In this document: one piece after another, positions 47,203-56,147 of the stretch
Position numbering within the stretch: the stretch's first letter is position 1
Layout of the letters: each line of letters opens with the position of its first letter
Assembly: GCA_043809245.1 (NCBI GenBank)
Contig: JAZDDZ010000047.1
Location: 1-64,000 of the forward strand
Source: Candidatus Iainarchaeum sp.
Lineage (GTDB): Archaea > Iainarchaeota > Iainarchaeia > Iainarchaeales > JAZDDZ01
Length of the DNA stretch: 64,000 nt
Direction of reading: 5' to 3'
Program-made: the position numbers and the translations under genes
The notes under the pieces: model-generated
The model's database searches: none
Told to the model about the DNA's origin: nothing
What the model saw: the letters and a program-made list of their open reading frames with translations, nothing else

Positions 47203-47488
47203 ATCTTTCCAGCCACTCCGCGTCAAGCAGATAAAGCGACTGCTCTTTGCAAAGGATTCCCTCGCGCAAAAGTTTTCGCGCGGCCTTGTGGATGCCTTGA
47301 AAGCTCACGTTCACAGCATGCCTGCGGTTGATGCGGTAATGCATGTCCCTCAAAGACAAAGGCCATTCGCGCGCAAGAATCAACACAATCAAATCCGCAA
47401 CTGTTTTCTTTCCCGCGCTGACCTGCGGCAGTTTCAGCGTTGAATCAGCTGTTGCTCCGTTTAATAGTTCGCCGGAAAAACTCGCCAT
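47120..47488 (-). CDS. Winged-helix regulator paralog 5 (wHTH only)
   Basis: EWPLSLRDMH..SFQGIHK..LDAEW. Confidence 0.7.
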   Translation of the reverse strand: MASFSGELLNGATADSTLKLPQVSAGKKTVADLIVLILAREWPLSLRDMHYRINRRHAVNVSFQGIHKAARKLLREGILCKEQSLYLLDAEWLERLDKFSGETRKAYGGEPANQLLERSKKF

Positions 47489-47522
47489 ACAATAAATTCG
47501 GTTTAGCGAATTAATATGGGTT

Positions 47523-47552
47523 TGGTTGAAAAAAGTTCAACTAAAAGGTTGA
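47523..47552. promoter_or_regulatory. GTTGAA/TTCAAC operator upstream of wHTH paralog 5
   Basis: TGGTTGAAAAAAGTTCAACTAAAAGGTTGA beside a TATTAA box on the minus strand. Confidence 0.65.
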
Positions 47553-47565
47553 GGTTTTTCTGCCT

Positions 47566-48189
47566 TTAAAGCACAACCCTCGCGTCAACCGCTATCGCTT
47601 TTTTCTCGTTCACGAATAAGGGGTTGATGTCCAATTCTTTGATTTTTTCTTCCATCATTAAATCGCTGACCCTTAACAGCACGTCTTCAAGTGCTTTGCG
47701 GTTCACGGGCTTCTGTCCCCTAAATTCGCCTAAAACCTTTGCGCCCTTGATTTCGGAAATCATTTTCCGCGCTTCCTTGCGGTCAATTGGGCAAACGCGC
47801 AAAGAAAAGTCCTTGAAAACCTCAGTGAAAATTCCCCCCAATCCAAACAAGATTGTGGGCCCGAACTGTTCGTCCAGTTTTCCCCCGACAATGAGCTCGC
47901 GGCCTTGCTCCATGTGCTGGACTTGCGCTGCCTCAAAGCCTTGAATGCGTTTTAATGACTTGAAGGCATGAATTGCTTCGCCAAGCGAGTGAATGTGCAG
48001 TTTTACTCCCCCTACATCTGATTTATGCGATACCTTGGAGCTAACCAGTTTCAATGCAAGCGGATAGGATGCAAGCTTTTTAACGGCTTTCTGGAGCTCT
48101 AACTCGTCTTTCACGCGAATGAATTCAACGCACGGAATATAGTGTTTTTTCAAGAGCTTCATTGAGGCATTCAGGTCAAGTGTCGGCAT
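47566..48189 (-). CDS. ADP-forming acyl-CoA synthetase, ATP-grasp (beta) subunit
   Basis: HKSDVGGV, FGPTILFGLGGIFTE, ELDINP, VDAR. Confidence 0.9.
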   Translation of the reverse strand: MPTLDLNASMKLLKKHYIPCVEFIRVKDELELQKAVKKLASYPLALKLVSSKVSHKSDVGGVKLHIHSLGEAIHAFKSLKRIQGFEAAQVQHMEQGRELIVGGKLDEQFGPTILFGLGGIFTEVFKDFSLRVCPIDRKEARKMISEIKGAKVLGEFRGQKPVNRKALEDVLLRVSDLMMEEKIKELDINPLFVNEKKAIAVDARVVL

Positions 48190-48372
48190 AAGTGATTCCT
48201 TAAGAGATAAAAGCGCTGGAATATTTAAAGCTATTCGCGGACCACAATGCACCCAAAGCCCAAAGGCAGGATGCAGGGGCAAAGGTTTAAAAAGATAATG
48301 TTATCTATTTCTAACATAGTGTTAGAATAAAATAACTTTTAGTTGTTTGCTTCTAACATTGGAGGTGTTTGG

Positions 48373-48795
48373 ATGAAGCATGATTTGAGGGTTCTGATCG
48401 GGCTTGCAGTGGTTGTCCTGGTTGTTGCCTCGCTTGCGGTTTATTTGGCGAGTGTAGGGTCTGCCAATTCATCGGAATTGGTGCTTGTGATAGTTGCTTT
48501 GGTTATTGTTTTCGGCGCAGTGGTTTTTTTGCGCGACAGGATAAAGAGCTCGCGTGAAGGCCTTCCGGCTGAGGATGAGCTTTCCAGAAGAGCCGTGCAT
48601 AAGGCAGGCTATTATGCGTATTTTGCCTCAATCTATACTGCGTTGGGGGCAATGTTCATCAATGATTTTCTGGTTGGCGAATCCGGTTTCCAGGGAATTG
48701 ATGCAGGCCAGCTTTCGGGAATAGTCATTCTTGTTCCCGCGATTGTGTTCATGGCCTTTGCCTTGTATTTCAGGCATAAGGGCGCGGTTGAGTAG
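48373..48795 (+). CDS. DUF2178-like membrane protein
   Basis: EDELSRR..KAG motif between TM helices; TGTTA/TAACA repeats upstream. Confidence 0.7.
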   Translation: MKHDLRVLIGLAVVVLVVASLAVYLASVGSANSSELVLVIVALVIVFGAVVFLRDRIKSSREGLPAEDELSRRAVHKAGYYAYFASIYTALGAMFINDFLVGESGFQGIDAGQLSGIVILVPAIVFMAFALYFRHKGAVE

Positions 48796-48802
48796 TGGTG
48801 CA

Positions 48803-48994
48803 ATGAAAACTCGGATTAAGGAGTTCAGGGCGCGGCATAACTTAACACAGGAAGAGCTTGCGAAAAAGGTTGGCGTGAGAAGGGAGACGATTGTTTTCAT
48901 TGAGAGCGGGAAATACAATCCCTCTCTCAGGCTTGCGCATGATGTTGCAAAGGCTTTGAAGGCATCAATTGACGAGCTTTTCATTTTTGATTAG
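48803..48994 (+). CDS. XRE family HTH regulator
   Basis: [24 protein letters not shown]. Confidence 0.9.
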   Translation: MKTRIKEFRARHNLTQEELAKKVGVRRETIVFIESGKYNPSLRLAHDVAKALKASIDELFIFD

Positions 48995-49044
48995 CCGGAA
49001 AACTAAATATTTAAACTTACTGCAATTGAATATTTGCTGATATA

Positions 49045-50310
49045 ATGCATAAAATCAAGTTTTTGGGAGCTGCAAGAGAGGTCGGCAGGAGCTGTTTTTT
49101 GGTTGATGTGGGGGAAAAAATCCTGTTGGATGACGGGGTGAAGCTTTCCTCTGAGGAAACCCAGTACCCTTTGCCTGTGAAAGTTAATTTGGACGCGGCA
49201 ATCATTTCACACGCGCACCTGGACCATTCAGGCAACTTGCCATACTTATTCAACGGCCCCCCATGCCTAACCTATATGACTGCTCCAACGCTTGACTTGG
49301 CGAAAATGCTTTGGTTTGACTCGTTAAAAATAGCGGGCCTCGAGGGAATGGATGCGGGTTTTTCAAAGGAAGAAATACGGCGCACGGAAAAATACACTTT
49401 TGCATTGAATTACAACAAGCACATGGACATCAAGGGAAAGGTTTCAATGGAGTTCTTTGACGCAGGCCACATTTTAGGCAGCGCCATAACAAAGCTGCAC
49501 ATTGGAAAAAAATCCTTGGTTTACACCGGAGACTTCAAGCCAGAGGAAACAAGGCTTCACAATGGCGCGGACTTAAACCGCGTGGGTTCCTGCGATTACT
49601 TGATTACTGAAAGCACTTACGGCAACCGCGAACACGGAGAAAGAAAGCAAACGGAGAAAGAATTTGTTGAGGATGTGCAGGACACGATTGACCGCGGAGG
49701 CCATGCCCTGGTTGCGGCTTTTGCGGTTGGAAGAAGCCAGGAAATAGTTGACATTTTAAACGAATACCACATTAACGCGCCGATTTATTATGACGGAATG
49801 TGCCAAAAAGCCGCGAACATTTATATGAATTTCCCCAAATGGGTGAAAAACCCTTCCTTTCTCAAAAAAGCGTTAAAGAGAGTGACTTGGGTTAGGCGTG
49901 AAAAAGACAGAAAGGAAGCGTTAAAGCAGCCCTCAGTTGTTGTAACAACTAGCGGAATGCTGCAGGGAGGCCCGATTTACGCCTATCTTCCCTCGGTTTA
50001 CAGGGATCACAATTCCAAGTTAATGCTTACAGGCTACCAAGTGAAAGGCACGCCCGGCAGCATACTGCTTGACACTGGCAGAATTCAATTGAACGGAATT
50101 GACGCGGAAGTGAAAATGCGCGTTGAAAAGTTTGATTTTTCGGCCCACGCCGGAAAAGCCGAGTTAATGCGTGCAACGAAAAAGTTTTCCCCTGAAAAGA
50201 TTTTCTGCGTGCACGGAGACGAAGAGGTCTCGGAGTTTTTTGTGAGGGAATTGCGCGCGGAAGGCTTTAACGCAATAGCGCCAAAACAGGGAGAGGAACT
50301 TCCACTATGA
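49045..50310 (+). CDS. Beta-CASP metallo-beta-lactamase ribonuclease
   Basis: EVGRSC, SHAHLDHSG, AGHILGS, ESTYG, FSAHA, VHG. Confidence 0.92.
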   Translation: MHKIKFLGAAREVGRSCFLVDVGEKILLDDGVKLSSEETQYPLPVKVNLDAAIISHAHLDHSGNLPYLFNGPPCLTYMTAPTLDLAKMLWFDSLKIAGLEGMDAGFSKEEIRRTEKYTFALNYNKHMDIKGKVSMEFFDAGHILGSAITKLHIGKKSLVYTGDFKPEETRLHNGADLNRVGSCDYLITESTYGNREHGERKQTEKEFVEDVQDTIDRGGHALVAAFAVGRSQEIVDILNEYHINAPIYYDGMCQKAANIYMNFPKWVKNPSFLKKALKRVTWVRREKDRKEALKQPSVVVTTSGMLQGGPIYAYLPSVYRDHNSKLMLTGYQVKGTPGSILLDTGRIQLNGIDAEVKMRVEKFDFSAHAGKAELMRATKKFSPEKIFCVHGDEEVSEFFVRELRAEGFNAIAPKQGEELPL

Positions 50311-51089
50311 AGCTATCCGAAGCGCTCATTGATTCACTGCGATTGCTTTTAAAGGAACCCAAACTTTTTTTACCAAAACTTTTTGTTGCAGCGATTTACG
50401 GTTTTTTAATGCTTTGGAGCGCGGCAATAGCCCTGGGCCTTTTCAATGCGGTTGCGCAAGGGCAGGGCGCTTCAATTGCATTGGCTTCGCTGCTGCCGGA
50501 AACCGCTTTGTTTTTCCTTTCAATTTTTGCTGCATTCATAATTGACGTTTTCGTTTCCGCAATGTACCCTTCGCTTGCAAAAAACTTTGAGGCAAAGGAA
50601 AAAGTTTCGCTTTCAATGGCGCTTGGCTTTTCACTGAAAAAATCCGCGGTTGTTTTGCCTGCAGCGTTTTTCGCGTTAATTGTTTCAATAGCATTGATTG
50701 CAATCCCCTCGGTTTTTTTTGGCTTCCTTCTTGCAACAGCTTCAATGGAGCTGGTTTGGCTTTCCATTCCCGTGGAGCTAGCGATAATTTTTGCGACTGA
50801 CTTCATTTTCTTTTATCTTTTCGCAGAGGCAGTCCTCGGTAAAGGAAATTTTCTAGGCGCTGTTGGAAAAGCCTTTGGCTTGAGCGGCAAAAACAAAAAG
50901 CTGACAGCAATTGCCGCACTGATTCCGTTCAGCGTTTCACTCATGAATTACGCGCTTGCTTTTCTCGCGGAAACCCCTGCTTTTCTTTTCCTTTTCATTT
51001 TGATGCGCTTCTTCATGGGCTTGTTGGCTGCTTACGCCGCAATAGTGAGCCCTACAATTTACCTCGGGCTGGAAAGCCAAAAAAAGTAA
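50307..51089 (+). CDS. Hypothetical multi-pass membrane protein
   Basis: About six hydrophobic helices. Confidence 0.65.
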   Translation: MKLSEALIDSLRLLLKEPKLFLPKLFVAAIYGFLMLWSAAIALGLFNAVAQGQGASIALASLLPETALFFLSIFAAFIIDVFVSAMYPSLAKNFEAKEKVSLSMALGFSLKKSAVVLPAAFFALIVSIALIAIPSVFFGFLLATASMELVWLSIPVELAIIFATDFIFFYLFAEAVLGKGNFLGAVGKAFGLSGKNKKLTAIAALIPFSVSLMNYALAFLAETPAFLFLFILMRFFMGLLAAYAAIVSPTIYLGLESQKK

Positions 51090-51133
51090 TGTTTATATAC
51101 TTATATATGTATAGATTTGTATAGTGTGTTTTT

Positions 51134-51406
51134 GTGAAAAGCGGTTTAACAGGCACTGTACTGCATTACCCTCGCCTTGACACTGTACTGATGGTTGAAG
51201 ATGCAATTAGGGTTGCAAAGGATTATCCTTCCAAGAACGCGCTTTGGAGAAGCCTTCCAAGGCAGGTCCAATACCAAACTTTTAACGTTATACTGGAGTA
51301 CCTTGAAAAATCCAATAAAATAACTTACATCAAGTCAGGCGGGCTGATGTGGATTGGCTCAAACCAGAAGCTTGACAGCCTTGTGAAAAAGGGAAAGGAA
51401 CTTTGA
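51134..51406 (+). CDS. Small wHTH-like probable antitoxin
   Basis: HYPRLDTVLMVE; overlaps a RelE-like gene. Confidence 0.55.
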   Translation: MKSGLTGTVLHYPRLDTVLMVEDAIRVAKDYPSKNALWRSLPRQVQYQTFNVILEYLEKSNKITYIKSGGLMWIGSNQKLDSLVKKGKEL

Positions 51407-51750
51407 TGTTCAGGGTAATTTCCTCGGATAGCTTTGAAAAAGAGCTGCAGGGGCTTAAGGAAAGGGCGAAACAGGGAGAAAATGAAAGCATTCAACTGCT
51501 GAAGCTGATTGACAAAGGCGTTGAAAAACTGAAATATGACTTTAAATACGGAGACCACATTTCAAAGGAAAAGATTCCAAGGGAATACAAGGAAAAATTT
51601 GGCGTTGAAAACCTGTGGAAGCTTGATTTAAGTTCTTTCTGGAGAATGATTTACACTGTAAGAGGCACTGAAATAGAGGTAATGTCAATTGTGCTTGAAG
51701 TGCTTGACCATAAAAAGTATGACAGAAAATTCGGCTATAAAACCAGCTAA
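51403..51750 (+). CDS. RelE-like toxin
   Basis: NLWKLDL..WRMIYT..DHKKYDRKFGY. Confidence 0.7.
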   Translation: MMFRVISSDSFEKELQGLKERAKQGENESIQLLKLIDKGVEKLKYDFKYGDHISKEKIPREYKEKFGVENLWKLDLSSFWRMIYTVRGTEIEVMSIVLEVLDHKKYDRKFGYKTS

Positions 51751-51766
51751 AATAAGGTGAAAAAAT

Positions 51767-52471
51767 TTGAATGAATTCTGCCCGCGCTGCGGTTCAACTG
51801 AAGGCCCTTTCTTCAAGGGCTTTTGCCAGAAATGCTTTCTGGGGCAAAATGAATTGATTCAGATAGAGCCTGAGCTGCGCGTAAAGCACTGCACGCGCTG
51901 CGGAAGAGTGCAGTTAACCGGAAGATGGCAGGAACAGGAAAGCCTTGCATTGGCAGGATTGGTCAAGTCAAAGGTAAAGCCTGCGCATGCCTTAAATCCT
52001 TCAATCGAAGTGGAGCTGATTCCCCTTGAAAACGGCTCAAGCAAGGCGCTGATTGAAGTGGAAGGCGAAGTAGAGGGGAAAAAAATTGTTGCGGAAAAAG
52101 AAGTGCTTGTAAAGCCAGAGAAAACAATCTGCGATGCATGCATGCGCCTTTCAAGCGATTACCGGGAAGCAGTGCTGCAGGTAAGGTTTGAGGAAACGCC
52201 CTCGCAGAAAAGGTTTGATGAAATGGTCAGGGAAGTAGAGGGTGTTTTAATGCAGCTGCAGAAAAAGGACGCGCTTGCAAAGGCAGTTAAAATTTCCAAA
52301 GAGCAGAAAGGCGTTGACTTCTGGATCGGCTCAAAGCGCGGCGGAAAAATCGCGGCAGAAAAGCTCGCAAAAAAATATTCGTCAAAAGTTGTCCGTTCCT
52401 CAACGCTCACGGGCGTTGACAAGAAAGGAAAGGCAAAAAAAAGATTCACTTTCTGCGTGCGCGTGAAATGA
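51767..52471 (+). CDS. nmd3: NMD3 family protein
   Basis: CPRC, CQKC, CTRC, CDAC; EAVLQVR; GVDFW. Confidence 0.85.
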   Translation: MNEFCPRCGSTEGPFFKGFCQKCFLGQNELIQIEPELRVKHCTRCGRVQLTGRWQEQESLALAGLVKSKVKPAHALNPSIEVELIPLENGSSKALIEVEGEVEGKKIVAEKEVLVKPEKTICDACMRLSSDYREAVLQVRFEETPSQKRFDEMVREVEGVLMQLQKKDALAKAVKISKEQKGVDFWIGSKRGGKIAAEKLAKKYSSKVVRSSTLTGVDKKGKAKKRFTFCVRVK

Positions 52472-52481
52472 GCAGAAAGTG

Positions 52482-52760
52482 TTACTGCCTAAATTCGTAA
52501 GCGCTGTCGTGATGCCCAAACTTAAGCAAAACCACGGCATTCTCTTTTTCTTTTATTGAATAAATCAAAACAAAGCTTTTCATTATGTGAACCCTCCTGA
52601 CGCCGTGAAGAGGCGCGTGCATTGGCTTGAACCTGTGTGGCTCGTTCAGAATCTGCTTAACTTTGCGGTCAATGGCTTTTTTTAATTCGGAATTTTTTTT
52701 GACGGCTTTCTTGTATTCCTTCTCAAAGGCTTCGGCAGTTTCAAGGTCAAAAGCCATCAA
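52482..52760 (-). CDS. RelE/YafQ family toxin
   Basis: RRVHIMKSFVLIY..HHDSAY; paralog of 10105-10371. Confidence 0.8.
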   Translation of the reverse strand: MMAFDLETAEAFEKEYKKAVKKNSELKKAIDRKVKQILNEPHRFKPMHAPLHGVRRVHIMKSFVLIYSIKEKENAVVLLKFGHHDSAYEFRQ

Positions 52761-52761
52761 A

Positions 52762-53067
52762 TCACTTAAGCAATTCTGAAAGGCTTTTTATTTTCCTTGA
52801 TTTTGATTTGCCGGCGTTTTGCACTTCTTTAACAAATTCGGGCTTGTAATTCATCGCATCAACCGGGTGCCAGTCCATTTCATCCATCCATTTCCATTCC
52901 TCGGCACTTATCGGTTTTCTTTCAAGGTATTTCTGAAGAATCTCGACCTTTCTCAATTTTTCTGCTTCTTCCCTGATTGCATTTCTGGCTATTTCAGTCC
53001 ATTTAATGTTTTGGTGGCCCTTAACCAGCGATTCAAGTTCCCCGCTTACAGACAAAGTAATATTCAT
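52762..53067 (-). CDS. Probable RHH antitoxin
   Basis: MNITLSV..IKWTEIARNAI. Confidence 0.65.
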   Translation of the reverse strand: MNITLSVSGELESLVKGHQNIKWTEIARNAIREEAEKLRKVEILQKYLERKPISAEEWKWMDEMDWHPVDAMNYKPEFVKEVQNAGKSKSRKIKSLSELLK

Positions 53068-53128
53068 AGTTCATCTCCACATAATTATGTGAACCACATA
53101 ATATTTAAAAATATGCATTAGGCAGGAT

Positions 53129-53836
53129 TCATTCGAATTTTTTCAGCGCTTCAAGTATCTCGGAGACAGGCTTGGCGGTTATCAGCAAGGGGATTTTTTC
53201 CGCTTCAGCGATTTTAACCGCAATCGGGTCAACGTTTTTGCTGATGCCGTGAAGCACGACTAACGCGGGCTTCATTTCCGTTGCAAACCTTCCCACTCTG
53301 ACAGCAATCATTGGAGAGCGGCCTGTTTCCACTTTTTCAAAAATAAGCGCCCTGTTAGGCGTTTTGCCGTACAACTGCATGTATTCGTGCACCGGCACTT
53401 CAAGTATTACCTTTAATGAATCAATCAGCGTGAAGCCGTAAATCTTTGTTTCCTTTAACTTTCCTGAGTTCGCCACGACTTCCGCGCCGATTTTTTCAGC
53501 AAAAGCCTTTCCCTCCATCGCGGCTGAAAATTCATGCGTGTCGAATACATCCTGCCTTGGCTGGAAATTCTTTTCAAGCTGTTTTTTTATGCTGCCGCCT
53601 TTTTTTTCATCAATTGCAATCAGCGCGTCCACCAAGCGCTTTACAACTCCTATCCCCGGGCTTTTTCTTCTTCCGCCCTCGTAATCGGAAATCGTCGAAC
53701 TCGAAACCTTCAAATAATCCGCCAAATCAGTCTGCTGTATTCCAAAGATTTCGCGCCATTTCTTCATTGATCCCCCCGGATCCTTGGATAAGGCGATTTC
53801 CCCAGCAATAGTCAACTCCAATTGGTCCAACGTCAA
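53129..53836 (-). CDS. Conserved archaeal XRE-HTH regulator
   Basis: IAGEI..MKKWREIF..ISDYEGGRRKSPG; TGRSPMIAVRV. Confidence 0.85.
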   Translation of the reverse strand: MTLDQLELTIAGEIALSKDPGGSMKKWREIFGIQQTDLADYLKVSSSTISDYEGGRRKSPGIGVVKRLVDALIAIDEKKGGSIKKQLEKNFQPRQDVFDTHEFSAAMEGKAFAEKIGAEVVANSGKLKETKIYGFTLIDSLKVILEVPVHEYMQLYGKTPNRALIFEKVETGRSPMIAVRVGRFATEMKPALVVLHGISKNVDPIAVKIAEAEKIPLLITAKPVSEILEALKKFE

Positions 53837-53979
53837 TCACCGATGCATTAAACAATAAGCCTTTGGAGTTTAAATAGTTTTCGTTGATTGTCAAACAATT
53901 TTTTGGCCGTAATTTTCTCCTCGCATTTAATTTGTTTGCCATATATAGAGTTATAAATTTCTTGTTGAACAATAATATT

Positions 53980-54456
53980 ATGCGCTTGCCTAAGGAACCT
54001 GGACCCTGGCAATATACAGGAAAAAGAGGAATTGTTAAGGCCCATAAAAGCGATAAAAAATTAGCAATGAAAGCCGCTGCAAGGAAAACTGCGGAAAGGG
54101 AGAAATATCAGGCACATTTGAGTACAGGCACCTTGTCATACCCTGAGTTTGTTAAAAGGCGAAACAATTTTCAGAATTGTGTTGAGAACTCTCCTACTGC
54201 AGGGCGGCTGAAGAAAAGCATGCTTGAAAAGGGCATTGACCTTTCAAAGGTAGAGGCCGAAAACCCCAAAGTGTTTTCAGGGCTTTGGAGTCTTGTTAGT
54301 GAATTTAAATCTGCAGCTAAAGAAGGGCGCTGGACTACTGAATTAGAAAAAAAATTGAAAGAAGACGTAACCCCTAGATTGTATAAAGCTTACCTCCTTT
54401 ATAGAAAAGCAGGTGTAAAAGACAACAATGCGCTAGGCATTGAATGGTGGCTCTAA
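53980..54456 (+). CDS. Hypothetical basic protein
   Basis: Open frame with TTATAAA upstream; no motif recognised. Confidence 0.5.
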   Translation: MRLPKEPGPWQYTGKRGIVKAHKSDKKLAMKAAARKTAEREKYQAHLSTGTLSYPEFVKRRNNFQNCVENSPTAGRLKKSMLEKGIDLSKVEAENPKVFSGLWSLVSEFKSAAKEGRWTTELEKKLKEDVTPRLYKAYLLYRKAGVKDNNALGIEWWL

Positions 54457-54474
54457 TTTTTCCAAAGAAAAAGT

Positions 54475-54584
54475 TGGCGGGCGGGGAGGGATTTGAACCC
54501 TCGACCTACAGCTTAGGAGGCTTGCAAGAAATGCAGAAAAAACTGTCACCTCATGTTGCCCTATCCAGGCTAGGCTACCCGCCC
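54475..54584 (-). tRNA. tRNA-Arg(CCT) with a 32-nt intron at 29/30 (54522-54553) and encoded CCA
   Basis: Spliced anticodon arm ACAGC-CTCCTAA-GCTGT; BHB with GCAA/TTGC helix and CAT, AAG bulges. Confidence 0.92.
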
Positions 54585-55510
54585 AGCAATTCAATCATCT
54601 TACGTGACCTTATTGCCTTATTGGGGTGGTAAAAATCTATGTTCTGCAAGAATTTAAAAAGCATCTCCTTATTTCTAATTCTTAGCTCGTAAGTATCAGA
54701 TATACGGTCAGAAGAGGGGGATTTTGCCACCCGCTTGTAAATTTTAAGGGTCTCGATGCCAAAGTTTAGAAGGGTCTCTTTAATTTCTTCTATAAACTTT
54801 TTATCCTTGAAAGTGAGATCTATGAAAAGCTGCTTGGCTTTTTTTGGATTTTTTGGTAAAGTTCCATCAGAATCAAATAAACCGGCTAAGTAATATTTTA
54901 GGACTGATTTATCATTTTTAATTAGGCCCGGAATCCTAAGATTTTCTTTTACTCCCCGATTTATCCCGAATATATTATGCAAAAAAGAATTCACAACAAT
55001 GCTCCTTAGCGGGAGACAAGGGATAAATCTTTTAGATAATGTCGATTTAACGCTTATTATTTTCCCCGATAAACCAAAAAGATATTCTGAAATGGAATTA
55101 ACTTTTTCCAACTGTTCCTTGTATTCATCAGAAAAAATAACCCGCTTTCTATCAGAAGTTAAACAACCAGCCCCTTGCAAATACCCGATGAAATACGCTA
55201 AATTCGGATCAAGTTGTTTAGGCAGGTGCACCTTCTTATTTTTTCCCGTAAATTCAACATTATCCAAAGCATAAACTTTAGAAAAAATCGATGAATCAAT
55301 ATTTTTAGCAAATGATTTAAGCACTCTGATTGAACAACAAGGTTTTGTTGTCAAATGCCTATGGTAATAGCCTTTTGAAATGTTTAGGAGATCAGCTGCT
55401 TGTCTACAAGTTAGACCCGAATTCATATGGCTTTCCTTTAGAATTTTAGCAATGCCGAAAATCATCACATTACTGTCAAGTTCTTCATAGTAATCTAGAA
55501 GTTTAGCCAT
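54575..55510 (-). mobile_element. Free-standing LAGLIDADG homing-endonuclease-like gene overlapping the tRNA 5' end
   Basis: LAYFIGYLQGAG and YLAGLFDSDG motifs; N-terminal HTH-like segment; AT-rich. Confidence 0.85.
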
Positions 55511-55583
55511 AAAAAAAGTTAAATTTTAGAGTATATATTAGTTTCTGGACCTCATTTCCTCTGCCAGCCAAAGGTGCAACCAT

Positions 55584-56147
55584 CTAAATTAAAATTGTTA
55601 ACGCTGCAGCGCAGACAAGGGGAATCATGAGGTTGTCGTCAACAGGCAAGTATTCTGCGAGCATTCCGATTACTGCAACAATTATCGCGGCGCTTAATGG
55701 AAATAGCTGCGCCAAGAGCGCGGCTGAAACGATTATTCCCGCGATTGTCCCCTCAAGCGTGTAAGGCGCAACTGTTTTGATTCTCCCAATTGCCTTTCCT
55801 GCAATTGTGGAAATGGTGTCGCCGTAAACAGAAACCAATAGCGCGCCGAAAACGATTTCCTGCCCTGGAAAAAGAAAGACAAGCAGGAAAAAACCAAGCA
55901 AAAAGTACAGCGCGCCGTAGCCCGGAAAATGCTTTTCCTTTTCCCTGCCGAATTTTTGCACAAAAAAATTTATTGCAGGAATATTCGCGCCCCTTTTCAC
56001 AAACCACGAGATAATTATTCCTGTGAGGAAAATCGCGGCAACAGCCAAAAGAAGCAATTGCCTTTCAATGAAAGCCGCGGCCAGAAGAAAAATTGTGCCA
56101 AGCACCGCGTGGAACAGCTTGCGTTTTGTTTCCCTCATTAAAGTCAT
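55584..56147 (-). CDS. Dolichol/phytol kinase-like membrane protein
   Basis: RKLFH, GDTISTIAG, TLEG, DDNL.IP. Confidence 0.85.
   Translation of the reverse strand: MTLMRETKRKLFHAVLGTIFLLAAAFIERQLLLLAVAAIFLTGIIISWFVKRGANIPAINFFVQKFGREKEKHFPGYGALYFLLGFFLLVFLFPGQEIVFGALLVSVYGDTISTIAGKAIGRIKTVAPYTLEGTIAGIIVSAALLAQLFPLSAAIIVAVIGMLAEYLPVDDNLMIPLVCAAALTILI

Noticed and set aside
54575-55510. Intron-encoded endonuclease or intein
   Set aside because: ORF lies outside the 32-nt intron and has no extein or splicing motifs
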